A stretch of DNA of 64,000 nt. It comes from Polyangiaceae bacterium (GTDB lineage Bacteria; Myxococcota_A; Polyangia; Polyangiales; Polyangiaceae). Shown in pieces: positions 52,267 through 61,502 of the stretch. A model generated the notes under the pieces. The model was not told where the DNA came from. It worked only from the letters and a program-made list of their open reading frames with translations, and did not search any database. Within the stretch, counting starts at the first letter, position 1, and every line of letters starts with the position of its first letter. The DNA lies in NCBI GenBank assembly GCA_044222475.1, contig JBGANF010000028.1:10189-74188 (forward strand), in the 5' to 3' direction. A program made the position numbers and the translations under genes.

Positions 52267-52890
52267 ATGCACCCCTCCTTCTTCGAGATGAAGCACGCAC
52301 ACCTCACCGCGCTCCGCATCACCCGCAAGGAGACGGCCGTCGTCGATTTGACTCCCGCTCGCCTCGACATGCTGCGCGCGATCCTCGAACGCAGCGGCGA
52401 AACGTTCCAATCGAACCTCCGACGACTCCTCGGCGTCAGCAACTCCGTCATCAGCATCATGGTGCGCGCCCTCGAGCGGGCCGGCTTCGTCGTCCGCTCA
52501 CGGTGTCGCGACGACCGCCGCACGTTCTTGGTTCGTCTCACCGCCCAAGCTCGCTACGCCCTTCGGCGCGTCTTCTTCGGCGCTGTCCGCGAAGGGTTCC
52601 TCGAGCTCACTCTCGTCAGCGCGTTCGTCAAGGACCACGTCCCACGTCGCGGGTGGCAGAAGATCGTCGACGACCTCCAGGCTCGGCTCCACCTCTTACG
52701 CGCCGCATTCGGCATCGGCGTCACCCACTACAACCCTTGGGAGCCCAACGACGACGACTGGGCCTTCTACTACGCCGCCGTCATCCCCAACCCCAATCGC
52801 GTCGACATCGCACCGGAGGACGACCCTTACGAGGACCAGCTCTTCGTCGAGGTCGAAGAGCCCGACACCCATCCGTTCGAATGGCAGTAG
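52267..52890 (+). CDS. MarR family winged-helix regulator with acidic C-terminal tail
   Basis: LTPARLDML, QSNLRRLLGVS..VIS.MVRALERAGFV.R and DDRRT..VRLT motifs. Confidence 0.82.
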   Translation: MHPSFFEMKHAHLTALRITRKETAVVDLTPARLDMLRAILERSGETFQSNLRRLLGVSNSVISIMVRALERAGFVVRSRCRDDRRTFLVRLTAQARYALRRVFFGAVREGFLELTLVSAFVKDHVPRRGWQKIVDDLQARLHLLRAAFGIGVTHYNPWEPNDDDWAFYYAAVIPNPNRVDIAPEDDPYEDQLFVEVEEPDTHPFEWQ

Positions 52891-52901
52891 ACTCCGCCGC
52901 G

Positions 52902-53978
52902 ATGCAAGCTCGCTCCCTCGCCCCACTCGCGGTCTTGACCTTCGCGTTCGCGTGCGGTGACGCCACGCCGCCGTCGGTCACCCCCACGCCATCCGTCACG
53001 CCGTCCGCGTCGACCGCACCCGTCGCGTCGGCCACGTCGTCCGCGCCGCCAGCCGCATCGTCCGCTCCGATCAAGCCACCCCCGCCTCCGCCCGCGGCAG
53101 AGCTCCAGATCGCCTCGCTCAAGGCCGCTGCGGACGCGATCAACCAGCACGATTCGAAGAAGTACGTCGCGCTCTTCACGCGAACCGCGATTCACAAAGA
53201 AGCCGCCACGCGAGACCTCACCGGCCGCGACGAAATCGCCCGCCGGATGGAGCTCCTCTTCAACGCGTTTCCCGACTTCAAGTTCTCGTTCGATCGCGTG
53301 TGGCAGAAGGGCGACATCGTCGCGGCCACCTGGCGCTGGACCGGCACCGACCGCGGCCCCGGCTTCATGGGCAAGCGCGCCTCCGGCAAACGCGCCGGGC
53401 TCCAGGGATTGACCGTCGGCTTCTACAACATCGACGGACTCATCCGCGAAGTGCACGTCTACGAAGACGGGCAGAACGTCCTCGCTCAGCTCGACCCCGC
53501 CGCAAAGGCAGGAAGCTTCCGGGCACCGCCGGCGGACTCCACCGCTGCGATGGAGGTCACTCCCGCCGGTTCCGACGAAGACAAGAACACCGCCGCCGTC
53601 CGAGCGTTCTACGACTCCCTCGAAGCCAAGAAGGAGGCCGAAACCGCCGCCGCCTTCAGCGACGACGCCACCGTCGACGACTTCGCGCTCCCGCCGAAGC
53701 CAGGCAAGGGTCCCGCCGCGTGGAAGGCGACCCTCAAGTCCTGGACCGGAAACTTCGGCGCCTTCACCGAGCTCCCGCTCTACAACCTGATGGCCGTCGG
53801 CGACACCGTCATCGTCGAGCGCGTCCTTCGCGGCACGGTCGCTCCGGGCGCACAAGTCACGCTCCACGCCGCCGACGTGGTTCGGCTCGAGGCCGGCAAG
53901 ATCGTTCAACTCGGGACGTACTCCAATACGCTCGAGCTCGTGTCCCAAGTTGGGACGAAGGGCCTCCGTCGACCCTGA
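52902..53978 (+). CDS. Lipoprotein with tandem SnoaL/NTF2-like (ester cyclase) domains
   Basis: Lipobox AFAC, Pro/Ser linker, AFPDFKF...W.GT..G.FMG..ASGK and a second NTF2-like repeat. Confidence 0.8.
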   Translation: MQARSLAPLAVLTFAFACGDATPPSVTPTPSVTPSASTAPVASATSSAPPAASSAPIKPPPPPPAAELQIASLKAAADAINQHDSKKYVALFTRTAIHKEAATRDLTGRDEIARRMELLFNAFPDFKFSFDRVWQKGDIVAATWRWTGTDRGPGFMGKRASGKRAGLQGLTVGFYNIDGLIREVHVYEDGQNVLAQLDPAAKAGSFRAPPADSTAAMEVTPAGSDEDKNTAAVRAFYDSLEAKKEAETAAAFSDDATVDDFALPPKPGKGPAAWKATLKSWTGNFGAFTELPLYNLMAVGDTVIVERVLRGTVAPGAQVTLHAADVVRLEAGKIVQLGTYSNTLELVSQVGTKGLRRP

Positions 53979-53981
53979 CCG

Positions 53982-55775
53982 TCACTTCCCGTAGGTGATC
54001 TCGAGGTACCCGTTCACGGCCACCGAGCCCGCCGGGAGTGTCTTCGTCTCGCCGTTCGGCCACCGAACGGTGAGCTCCACCGTCGGCACGCCGCCGCTGC
54101 ACCCGGTGTCACCGAGCCCGAAGAGGAGCGCTCGACCGTCGGCCGAGCTGTACGTCCCACGGCTCGACTTCACTTCGCGGACGATCGTCCGGCCAGCGAC
54201 CTTGACCGTCACGCGGGCACCGATCGCGTCGCGGTTGATCGACGCGCCGTCGCCGTGCAATCGCACGCCGAGCCAGCCGTTCTTCTGCCCGATGAGGTTC
54301 TCGAACAAGAAGTTCGCGCGCCCGCCGCCGCCGTTGTCGCGTCCGCCGACGAGCAGGTCCAAGTCGCCGTCGTGATCGACGTCGGCCCAGCCGAGGTTCT
54401 GCCCGGCCTTCACGCGGTCGGTCCCGCCGCTCGCGTCGTTGATGCCGCTCGCCTTGCCGACGCTCGTGAACGTGCCGTCGGCGTTCTGGTGCATCAGCCC
54501 GAACCACGCCAGCTGATCCCACTCGACGTAGTTCGGCTCGTACTTCTTGTCGCGCGTCACCGAGAGATCCACGAGTCCGTCGTTGTCGAAGTCGACCGCC
54601 GCCGCATCGATGTCGCCCTCGTTGAAGGGGAGCTTCCGATCGAGGAACAGGTTCGCGAAGCCGCCCGTCCCGCCTTTGTTCAGGAGGAGCTGCGACGGGT
54701 CGCTCCACTTGCGCGACTCGTCGACCTCGTCGGGGTGGGAGATCGTCGCGAGCCACACGTCCATTTTGCCGTCGCCGTCGACGTCCTGGCAGTCGATGCC
54801 GAAGCCGTTCGAGCCGACGATCGCCGCCGCGTCCACCGGCTGCGCATCGCGCCCGTTGCCGGTGCTCGCCTGGTAGTAGTTGCCGGTCGCGAGCGCGTGG
54901 AACCCGCGGTCCTTCGCGACGTTCGTGAAGCTGCCGTGGCCGTCGTTCTCCCAGAGGGCCTTCCAGCCGAGCTTGGTGCTCACGCCGTAGTGCGCGACGA
55001 GAACGTCGAGGTCGCCGTCGTCGTCGTAGTCGCACGCGACCACGCCGTTGGTCGGCTGCGCCGTGCGCCCCTTCAAGTTGACCGACGCCTCGGTGAAGGT
55101 GCCGTCGCCTTTCCCGAAGTAGAGCTGATCGGCGACGCCCGCGGTGGTGCCGCCGTTGCCGGAGTACAGATCGAGGAAGCCGTCGCCGTCGAAGTCGGCG
55201 AACACGCCGTTCGCCGAGTACGCGGCGCTCTCGACGCCGGAGCCGCTCTTCTTGGTGAAGTGGCCCTTGCCGTCGTTCATCCAGAGCGACGACGTCTCGC
55301 CGGCGAGCGTGATGTCGAGACCGGCGAAGCAGTCTTCGTCGCCGTCGTTGTCGACGTCGCCGAAGACGAAGAACGCCGCCTGCACGCCGCGGAGGCCGGA
55401 CTCGTCGGACACGTCGCGGAAGGTCTTGTCGCCGTTGTTGTGAAAGACCAAGTGCTCGAACGGGATCCCCTTCTGCGGATTCGGAAAGAGGCTGTGCATC
55501 ACGATGTCGTCGAAGCCGTCGCCGTCGATGTCGGCGAACGCGAGGCGGCTGTGATCGTTGATCGGGATGGGCGTCGTCGGCGACGGGACGAAGTTGTTCT
55601 TCTGGATCCCGCTCGACGCGGAGATGTCGGCGAAGAAAGCTTCAGTCGGGGCCGTCAGCGCCGTCGCGGTGCAGGTCAACGCGGTGTTTCCGCCCGGGTT
55701 CGAAGGGGAGCACGCGCCGAGAGCGACGAGCACGAGGCCTGAAGCCGAAATCGCGAGGATCGAGGTGCGAAGCAT
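53982..55775 (-). CDS. CRTAC1/ASPIC-UnbV family FG-GAP repeat lipoprotein
   Basis: Multiple D.D.DG..D repeats, NRDAIGARVTV and LLFGLG...VRWPNG. Confidence 0.88.
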   Translation of the reverse strand: MLRTSILAISASGLVLVALGACSPSNPGGNTALTCTATALTAPTEAFFADISASSGIQKNNFVPSPTTPIPINDHSRLAFADIDGDGFDDIVMHSLFPNPQKGIPFEHLVFHNNGDKTFRDVSDESGLRGVQAAFFVFGDVDNDGDEDCFAGLDITLAGETSSLWMNDGKGHFTKKSGSGVESAAYSANGVFADFDGDGFLDLYSGNGGTTAGVADQLYFGKGDGTFTEASVNLKGRTAQPTNGVVACDYDDDGDLDVLVAHYGVSTKLGWKALWENDGHGSFTNVAKDRGFHALATGNYYQASTGNGRDAQPVDAAAIVGSNGFGIDCQDVDGDGKMDVWLATISHPDEVDESRKWSDPSQLLLNKGGTGGFANLFLDRKLPFNEGDIDAAAVDFDNDGLVDLSVTRDKKYEPNYVEWDQLAWFGLMHQNADGTFTSVGKASGINDASGGTDRVKAGQNLGWADVDHDGDLDLLVGGRDNGGGGRANFLFENLIGQKNGWLGVRLHGDGASINRDAIGARVTVKVAGRTIVREVKSSRGTYSSADGRALLFGLGDTGCSGGVPTVELTVRWPNGETKTLPAGSVAVNGYLEITYGK

Positions 55776-55893
55776 ACCAAAACTTACACTGTAATCCTCG
55801 GGCTGTCGAGGGGCCCTCGGGGCCTCGCGCGGAATGGATGCCGGCTAACAATCGCCGGGACCCCCCTCTGGGGCACACGACGTCGTTGGCTTG

Positions 55894-56904
55894 CTAACGA
55901 CCTTGGGGGACCCGCGCCAGAAGCTCCGACTTGCGTGAATTGTCGAGGAATGACGCATGGATCGCGTTCTCGCACAGCTTCACCAGATCGGCCGCCGAGA
56001 GCCGCAGCGCCTCGGCCGTGCGGACGTAGTTCTCCCCGATGTACCCGCCGAAGTACGCCGGGTCGTCGCTGTGGATCGTGATCGCGACACCCCGGTCCAT
56101 GAGCCGCTTCAGGTTGTGCTCCGCGAGATCCTTCACGACGCGCAGCTTCAGGTTCGAAAGCGGGCACACGGTGAGCGGGATCCTCTCGCGGGCGAGCCGT
56201 TCGACGAGCGCCGGATCCTCTTCGCATCGGACGCCGTGATCGACGCGCTCCACGTGCAGCACGTCGAGCGCGTCGCGCACGTACGCCGCCGGGCCCTCTT
56301 CGCCGGCGTGCGCCACGAGCCGCAGCCCCAGCGTCTTCGCCTTGGCGAACACGCGCGCGAACTTCTCCGGCGGGTTTCCCCGCTCGCCCGAGTCGAGGCC
56401 GACGCCGACGATCTGATCGCGGAACGGCATCGCCGCTTCGAGCGTCGCGAACGCGTCCTCCTCCGACAGGTGCCGCAGAAAGCACATGATGAGCTGCGAC
56501 GTGATCCCGTGGCGCTCTTCGGCGTCGGCCATCGCGTCGCGCAGGCCGCCGATGACGACGCCCATCGGCACGCCGCGCGACGTGTGGCTCTGCGGATCGA
56601 AGAACAGCTCCGCGTGCACGAGCCCGTCGCGCGCCGCGCGGTCGAAGTACGCGCGCGCCATGACGAAGAAGTCGTCGCGATCGCGCAGGACGTCGCACCC
56701 CGCGTAGTACAAGTCGAGGAACGACTGCAGGTCGTGGAAGTCGTACGCCGCCCGCAGCGCCTCGGCCGATGGGTACTTCAACGTGACGCCGTGCTTCTTC
56801 GCGAGGTCGAAGACCATCTCGGGCTCGAGCGTCCCCTCGATGTGGAGGTGGAGCTCGACCTTGGGCAGCGCGTGGATGAGGGTCTCGAGGTCCGGAGTGA
56901 GCAT
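55894..56904 (-). CDS. add: Adenosine/adenine deaminase
   Basis: PKVELHLHIEGTLEP, HAGEEG, RVDHG, CPLSN and SDDPAYFGG motifs. Confidence 0.93.
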   Translation of the reverse strand: MLTPDLETLIHALPKVELHLHIEGTLEPEMVFDLAKKHGVTLKYPSAEALRAAYDFHDLQSFLDLYYAGCDVLRDRDDFFVMARAYFDRAARDGLVHAELFFDPQSHTSRGVPMGVVIGGLRDAMADAEERHGITSQLIMCFLRHLSEEDAFATLEAAMPFRDQIVGVGLDSGERGNPPEKFARVFAKAKTLGLRLVAHAGEEGPAAYVRDALDVLHVERVDHGVRCEEDPALVERLARERIPLTVCPLSNLKLRVVKDLAEHNLKRLMDRGVAITIHSDDPAYFGGYIGENYVRTAEALRLSAADLVKLCENAIHASFLDNSRKSELLARVPQGR

Positions 56905-56932
56905 CGCTTGCGGGATAGCGTATGATCATCCG

Positions 56933-57994
56933 ATGGCGTTGCGGTGGCGTTTTGGGAGCGCGCTCCTCGTCCTGTGCGCGAGCTGCGGCGGCGGCGACGC
57001 GACGCCCGCCCCGGCCGACGCCGGAAGCGACGCGCTCGTGATCCCGCCGCCGCTCCCGTGGAAGCGCAACGTCACGCCGCTCCCCCAAGACGACGTTCTG
57101 CGCGTGAACCACGTGCAGGTCCTCGGGACGCACAACAGCTACCACGTCGAGAAAGAGGGAAATACCATCGCCGACTGGCACTACACGATGCCGCCGCTCG
57201 ACGAGCAGCTGCAGAAGCACGGCGTCCGCCAGATCGAGCTCGACCTCCACTACAAGACGAAGAACGACCCCATCGAGGTACACCACATCGGCGCTCTCGA
57301 CGAGAAGACGACCTGCGCGACGTTCCGCGAGTGTCTCCGCGTCATCGGAACGTGGTCCGGCGCGCACCCGAACCACTTCCCGATCTACGTCCAGATGGAG
57401 CCGAAGGGCGGGTACCCGTCGGACGACGCCGAAGGCTACTTCGCCGCCGTCGAAGGCGAGATCCTCAGCGTGCTCGTGAAGGAGCGGATCATCACCCCCG
57501 ACGAGGTGCAGGGCAACGCGGCGACGCTCGGCGAAGCCGTCGCGAAGAACGGATGGCCCACGCTCGCGCAGACGCGGGGGCGCATCATCTTCATGTGGGA
57601 CGACGGCGGCGAGGTGCGCGCCGCGTACTCACGCGGGCGAACGTCGCTGAAGGGCCGGCTCATGTTCGTCGAGTCGGTGCCGGGCGATCCCCTCGCCGCG
57701 GCGTCGGTGCTGAACGACCCCGTCGCCGACGCCGCGAAGATCAAGGCAGCCCTCGCGGCGAACATGATCGTGCGGACGATGGACGGCGAGCCCTCCGACG
57801 ACGACGTGAAGTCGAACGCCACCTTCGACGCGGCGCTCTCGGTCGGGGTCACGTGGATCAGCACGAACTTCCCCGCGCCGGTCTCCTACCGCACCTATCA
57901 CCCGGTGATCCCGGGCGGAAACCCGGCGCGCTGCAACCCGATCACGGCGCCGCCGTCGTGCGTCGCGAAGGACCTGGAAGACCTCGGGCTCTGA
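56933..57994 (+). CDS. Phosphoinositide-specific phospholipase C-like lipoprotein
   Basis: Signal peptide with Cys. GTHNSYH, QL..GVRQIELD and WPTL..RG motifs. Confidence 0.82.
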   Translation: MALRWRFGSALLVLCASCGGGDATPAPADAGSDALVIPPPLPWKRNVTPLPQDDVLRVNHVQVLGTHNSYHVEKEGNTIADWHYTMPPLDEQLQKHGVRQIELDLHYKTKNDPIEVHHIGALDEKTTCATFRECLRVIGTWSGAHPNHFPIYVQMEPKGGYPSDDAEGYFAAVEGEILSVLVKERIITPDEVQGNAATLGEAVAKNGWPTLAQTRGRIIFMWDDGGEVRAAYSRGRTSLKGRLMFVESVPGDPLAAASVLNDPVADAAKIKAALAANMIVRTMDGEPSDDDVKSNATFDAALSVGVTWISTNFPAPVSYRTYHPVIPGGNPARCNPITAPPSCVAKDLEDLGL

Positions 57995-58008
57995 GCTAGG
58001 ATCCACCC

Positions 58009-58230
58009 ATGGACTTCGAGACGGACACCTTGATCGGCTCGCTCGTCATCGGCGGGATCGGCACCGTTTCGTTCCTCTACGGCAAGAAGCAAGGCCGCGT
58101 CCCGCACATGGTCGCCGGCTTCCTGCTCTTCGCGTACCCGTACTTCATCTCGAACATCTTCGTGATGGTCGGGATCGCGATCGTGCTCCTCGCGGGCCTG
58201 TGGGCGTCGGTCAAGTACCTGCGCCTGTGA
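58009..58230 (+). CDS. Small membrane protein
   Basis: 73 aa with hydrophobic segments, YGKKQ and YPYF motifs. Confidence 0.75.
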   Translation: MDFETDTLIGSLVIGGIGTVSFLYGKKQGRVPHMVAGFLLFAYPYFISNIFVMVGIAIVLLAGLWASVKYLRL

Positions 58231-58237
58231 GCGGAGC

Positions 58238-59284
58238 CTACTTGCAGGCCGGCGTCTTGCCCGCGCGGATCGCGTCGAGGTAGCAGGTCTTCTTCGCGCA
58301 GAAGTCGAGCGGGAGCTCGCCGTTCTTGGTGACGTACGCGCGGAGCTTCTCGAGGTCGCCCTTCGGCGCGGAGCAGACCGCGTTCGGGACGACGTGCTCG
58401 GCGAACACGTAGTAGTCGCCCGACACGCCGCCTTCCCACTTCATGTTCGGCGGGAGGTCCTTGCCGTTCGGCATCTCGGACGCGACCCACGAGCCGAACA
58501 TCTCGACCTTGTCGCTGCCGTAGACCTTGCCGGGGCGAACGACGAGCGCGTCGGTCGGGTAGTCGACGTCGATGTACTTGCCTTCGTACATGTCGTAGTC
58601 GGCGATCACGGTGACGGTCGCCGGCGTCTTGGGCACGAAGCTCTCGTTCGCGCGGTAGACCTTGCGCATGCTGACGCCGATCGCGTGGGTGAGCTCGACG
58701 ACGTGCTCACCGAGCATGCGGTTGCAGCCGCCCGACACGGCGCCGCGCTTGAGGATCCAGACGTTGATGTCGTCCTTGGAGAGGTTGTCGGTCGAGGTGA
58801 TGGGACCGTGGAACGCGATGCCGTTGTTGTACGCGATGAACGGGAAGCCGCCCCACGTCACGTAGTGCTCGCCCTCTTGCGGGGTGTATGCGAGACCATC
58901 GGGGCGGTACGGGCGCGCCGACTGGAACCGGTAGGTGCCCGGCCTCGAGTTCGACTTGCCGGGACGCGCGGTGGCGATCGGATAGACCGCGTCGATGCGG
59001 GTGCGTGAGCCCTCGGCTTTGACCTTCACGTGCGGGAGGCTCGGGATCGTGGTGCCGAGGGGGAGGAGCCCGGTGAGGTGCGCCGTGTTCCCCTTGAGCG
59101 AGACGGTGATCTTCGGCTGCTCGAGCGCCGGCAGGGCGCCGTTGTAGAACCACTCCGCGTCGGCGCGAGCGGCGAGCTCGTCTTCGCTCGTCGGGGCGAT
59201 GTCCTCTCCGGTGTCCGCGACACAACCGACGGCCAGCGGCGCGGTGAGGCAGGTGAGGAGGGCGAGGAGGAGGGGCGTCTTCAT
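58238..59284 (-). CDS. L,D-transpeptidase-like lipoprotein
   Basis: Lipobox AVGC and IAFHG...SGGCNRM (His/Cys catalytic pattern). Confidence 0.75.
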   Translation of the reverse strand: MKTPLLLALLTCLTAPLAVGCVADTGEDIAPTSEDELAARADAEWFYNGALPALEQPKITVSLKGNTAHLTGLLPLGTTIPSLPHVKVKAEGSRTRIDAVYPIATARPGKSNSRPGTYRFQSARPYRPDGLAYTPQEGEHYVTWGGFPFIAYNNGIAFHGPITSTDNLSKDDINVWILKRGAVSGGCNRMLGEHVVELTHAIGVSMRKVYRANESFVPKTPATVTVIADYDMYEGKYIDVDYPTDALVVRPGKVYGSDKVEMFGSWVASEMPNGKDLPPNMKWEGGVSGDYYVFAEHVVPNAVCSAPKGDLEKLRAYVTKNGELPLDFCAKKTCYLDAIRAGKTPACK

Positions 59285-59478
59285 GGCCCCCGCCTATGCA
59301 TGCGGTGTGCCTGCGACCTTGTGCGCATCTATCCTACAATGTCCTCTCCGGTGTCCGCGACACAACCGACGGCCAGCGGCGCGGTGAGGCAGGTGAGGAG
59401 GGCGAGGAGGAGGGGCGTCTTCATGGCCCCCGCCTATGCATGCGGTGTGCCTGCGACCTTGTGCGCATCTATCCTACA
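59199..59478. repeat. Exact 140-bp tandem duplication
   Basis: 59199-59338 is identical to 59339-59478. Confidence 0.97.
59297..59312 (-). promoter_or_regulatory. Sigma54-like promoter (second copy at 59437-59452)
   Basis: AGGCACA-CCGC-ATGCA on the minus strand. Predicted +1 is about 2 nt before ATG 59284. Confidence 0.5.
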
Positions 59479-59607
59479 TTAACCCCGTGAATCAGCGGGT
59501 TCGTCGGGCAGAATGCTGGATCTTCGGCGATCCAGACATGGACAAGACGTATCCTACATGTGGGTGGCCAGGCCCCTCCCGGGAATTGTTAGCCGGCTAG
59601 CGTCTCG

Positions 59608-60630
59608 TCAGGGGCTGCGGGCGATCGCCTTCCAGAGGGCCTCCGGGGACAGCTTCGGCGACCCTTCTCCTCGGGCCTCGACCTCATGAACGAGCGCCAC
59701 GATTCGCTCGTTGAGCGGCGCCGTGGTTCCCACTTTCTTCGCCAGCGCCACGATCTCGCCGTTGAGGTAGTCGACCTCGGTGAGGCGTCGCTTCTCGAGG
59801 TCTTCCCACATCGACGAGCGCGCCTCGGGATCGATCTTCAGCTGCGCTCGCGCGACGACCTTCACGATCGGCGTCGGCAGACGCAGCGCGTACGGGAACA
59901 CGTGCACCGGCAGCGCACCGAGACGCGCCGGGCGAATCTTCGCCGCGCGCAGCACGCGCAGCGCTTCTTCGATCACCGCCGCGAGCACCTTGCGGTAGCC
60001 CGCGGTGAGCACGAGGTCGCGCGTCGGCGCACCGGACAGCGCGCTCACCGCGTTGTTGAGGTTCATCATCAGCTTGGACCACTGCTTCGGCGCGATGTCC
60101 TCGGGGCGCTCGATCTCGAAGCCCGCCGAGAGCAGCGCCGCGCTCAGCGCGTCGCCCGCGGCGTGAGCTTCGACGACGAGCGGTCCGCTCGTCGTGCGCT
60201 GGAACACGGCGCCCTCTCGCGAGATGACGTTGAAGCCCACGATGCCGCCGAGCACGACCCGCGGCGCGAGCGCTTCACGGAGACGCTCGGCGTTGTGGAT
60301 CCCGTTCTGCAAGCTCACGATGACGGCGTCTCGACCGAGCACCGCCGCGAGCTTCCCCGCCGCATCGGCCGTTCCACCGCTCTTCACGGCGCAGAGCACG
60401 ACGTCGCAATCGGCGAGGGCGGACGCGTCGGTCGCGAAGACGATGCGATCGGCGGCGACCGTACGGCGCCGGTGCTGCAGGTCGATCACGGTGAGGCCGT
60501 GCGCGCGCACGTCGTCTCCGATGCGCTGGCGCCCCACGAACACGACGTCGTGACCGGTCGCGGCGAGCTGGCCACCGACGTAGCAGCCGATCGCGCCGGC
60601 GCCCATCACACCGACCTTCATGGCCTTCAC
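59608..60630 (-). CDS. panE: 2-dehydropantoate 2-reductase
   Basis: GAGAIG, AVKS, SLQNG, WSKL..N, SSMWEDL and TEVDYLNG motifs. Confidence 0.9.
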   Translation of the reverse strand: MKAMKVGVMGAGAIGCYVGGQLAATGHDVVFVGRQRIGDDVRAHGLTVIDLQHRRRTVAADRIVFATDASALADCDVVLCAVKSGGTADAAGKLAAVLGRDAVIVSLQNGIHNAERLREALAPRVVLGGIVGFNVISREGAVFQRTTSGPLVVEAHAAGDALSAALLSAGFEIERPEDIAPKQWSKLMMNLNNAVSALSGAPTRDLVLTAGYRKVLAAVIEEALRVLRAAKIRPARLGALPVHVFPYALRLPTPIVKVVARAQLKIDPEARSSMWEDLEKRRLTEVDYLNGEIVALAKKVGTTAPLNERIVALVHEVEARGEGSPKLSPEALWKAIARSP

Positions 60631-61454
60631 GGGAGGTGCCCGAACAGCCGGCGAGCGAGCTCGTCCGGGTGCTCTCGGTGCATGAAGTGCCCGCCGGGCA
60701 TCGTCTCCACGACGTAGCTTCCGGTGAACATCGTTCGAGCTTCTTCGTAGTCGGGCGGGCGCGCCATCGGATCGTCCAAACCCGAGAACGCGATGGTAGG
60801 CACCGCGATCTTCGTTCGCAGGAACGCGGCGATGCCGGTGACGAGGGGGAGCGTCCGGTAGTAGCCGAACGCCGCGTCGAGGCTCCGTCGATCGGCGAAG
60901 CACGCGCGCGCCGCGTCGAGCTCGGCCGGCGGCATGTCCCACGTCGGCGACCAACGTTGGTAGAGCGCACGCAGCGCGGCGAAGTCGTTGCGGGCGAAAC
61001 GCGCCGCTGCGCCGGGGAGCTTGTTCTCGACGAAGTGGCGGGCCGCCCACATGCGGCCCGGCCTGCGCTTCCACGCTGCCGGGTGCGGGATCGCGATGGT
61101 GACGAGCTTTTCGACGCGGTCCGGGCCGAGCGCCGTCGCGCCGTACGCCGCGATCGCGCCCCAGTCGTGGCCGATGACGAGCGCGCGCTTCTCGCCGACG
61201 GCCTCGATCAAGGCGAGCACGTCCCGGGCGAGGGTCTCCATGTCGGTGTCCCTTCGTGGGATCGCGGTGGGCGAGTATCCACGCATGAACGGAGCGACGA
61301 CGCGGTACCCGCGCGCGACGAGCGCGGGACGAAGGTGACTCCACGTGTGCGGCGTGTCCGGGAACCCGTGCAGCAGCAGCGCGAGGGGCCCGTCGCCTTC
61401 GCTGAGGTACGCGAAGCGGAGGCCGTTCGCTTCGACGAATTGCGGCTCCGCCAT
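60627..61454 (-). CDS. Alpha/beta hydrolase (epoxide hydrolase-like)
   Basis: LLHGFPD, RGY, GHDWG and GHFMHRE motifs. Confidence 0.9.
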   Translation of the reverse strand: MAEPQFVEANGLRFAYLSEGDGPLALLLHGFPDTPHTWSHLRPALVARGYRVVAPFMRGYSPTAIPRRDTDMETLARDVLALIEAVGEKRALVIGHDWGAIAAYGATALGPDRVEKLVTIAIPHPAAWKRRPGRMWAARHFVENKLPGAAARFARNDFAALRALYQRWSPTWDMPPAELDAARACFADRRSLDAAFGYYRTLPLVTGIAAFLRTKIAVPTIAFSGLDDPMARPPDYEEARTMFTGSYVVETMPGGHFMHREHPDELARRLFGHLP

Positions 61455-61502
61455 CGCGGCGGAGCATACAGCATGGTGTGAGCGATCGTGTATCGTGGGC
61501 GC

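Noticed and set aside
53942..53956. Dispersed palindrome interpreted as parS
   Set aside because: It does not match the GTTCCAC-GTGGAAC-type parS consensus and is evenly spread rather than clustered.
59199..59478. CRISPR array or terminal repeat of a mobile element
   Set aside because: Two adjacent 140-bp copies with no spacer, and no cas, integrase or transposase gene nearby.
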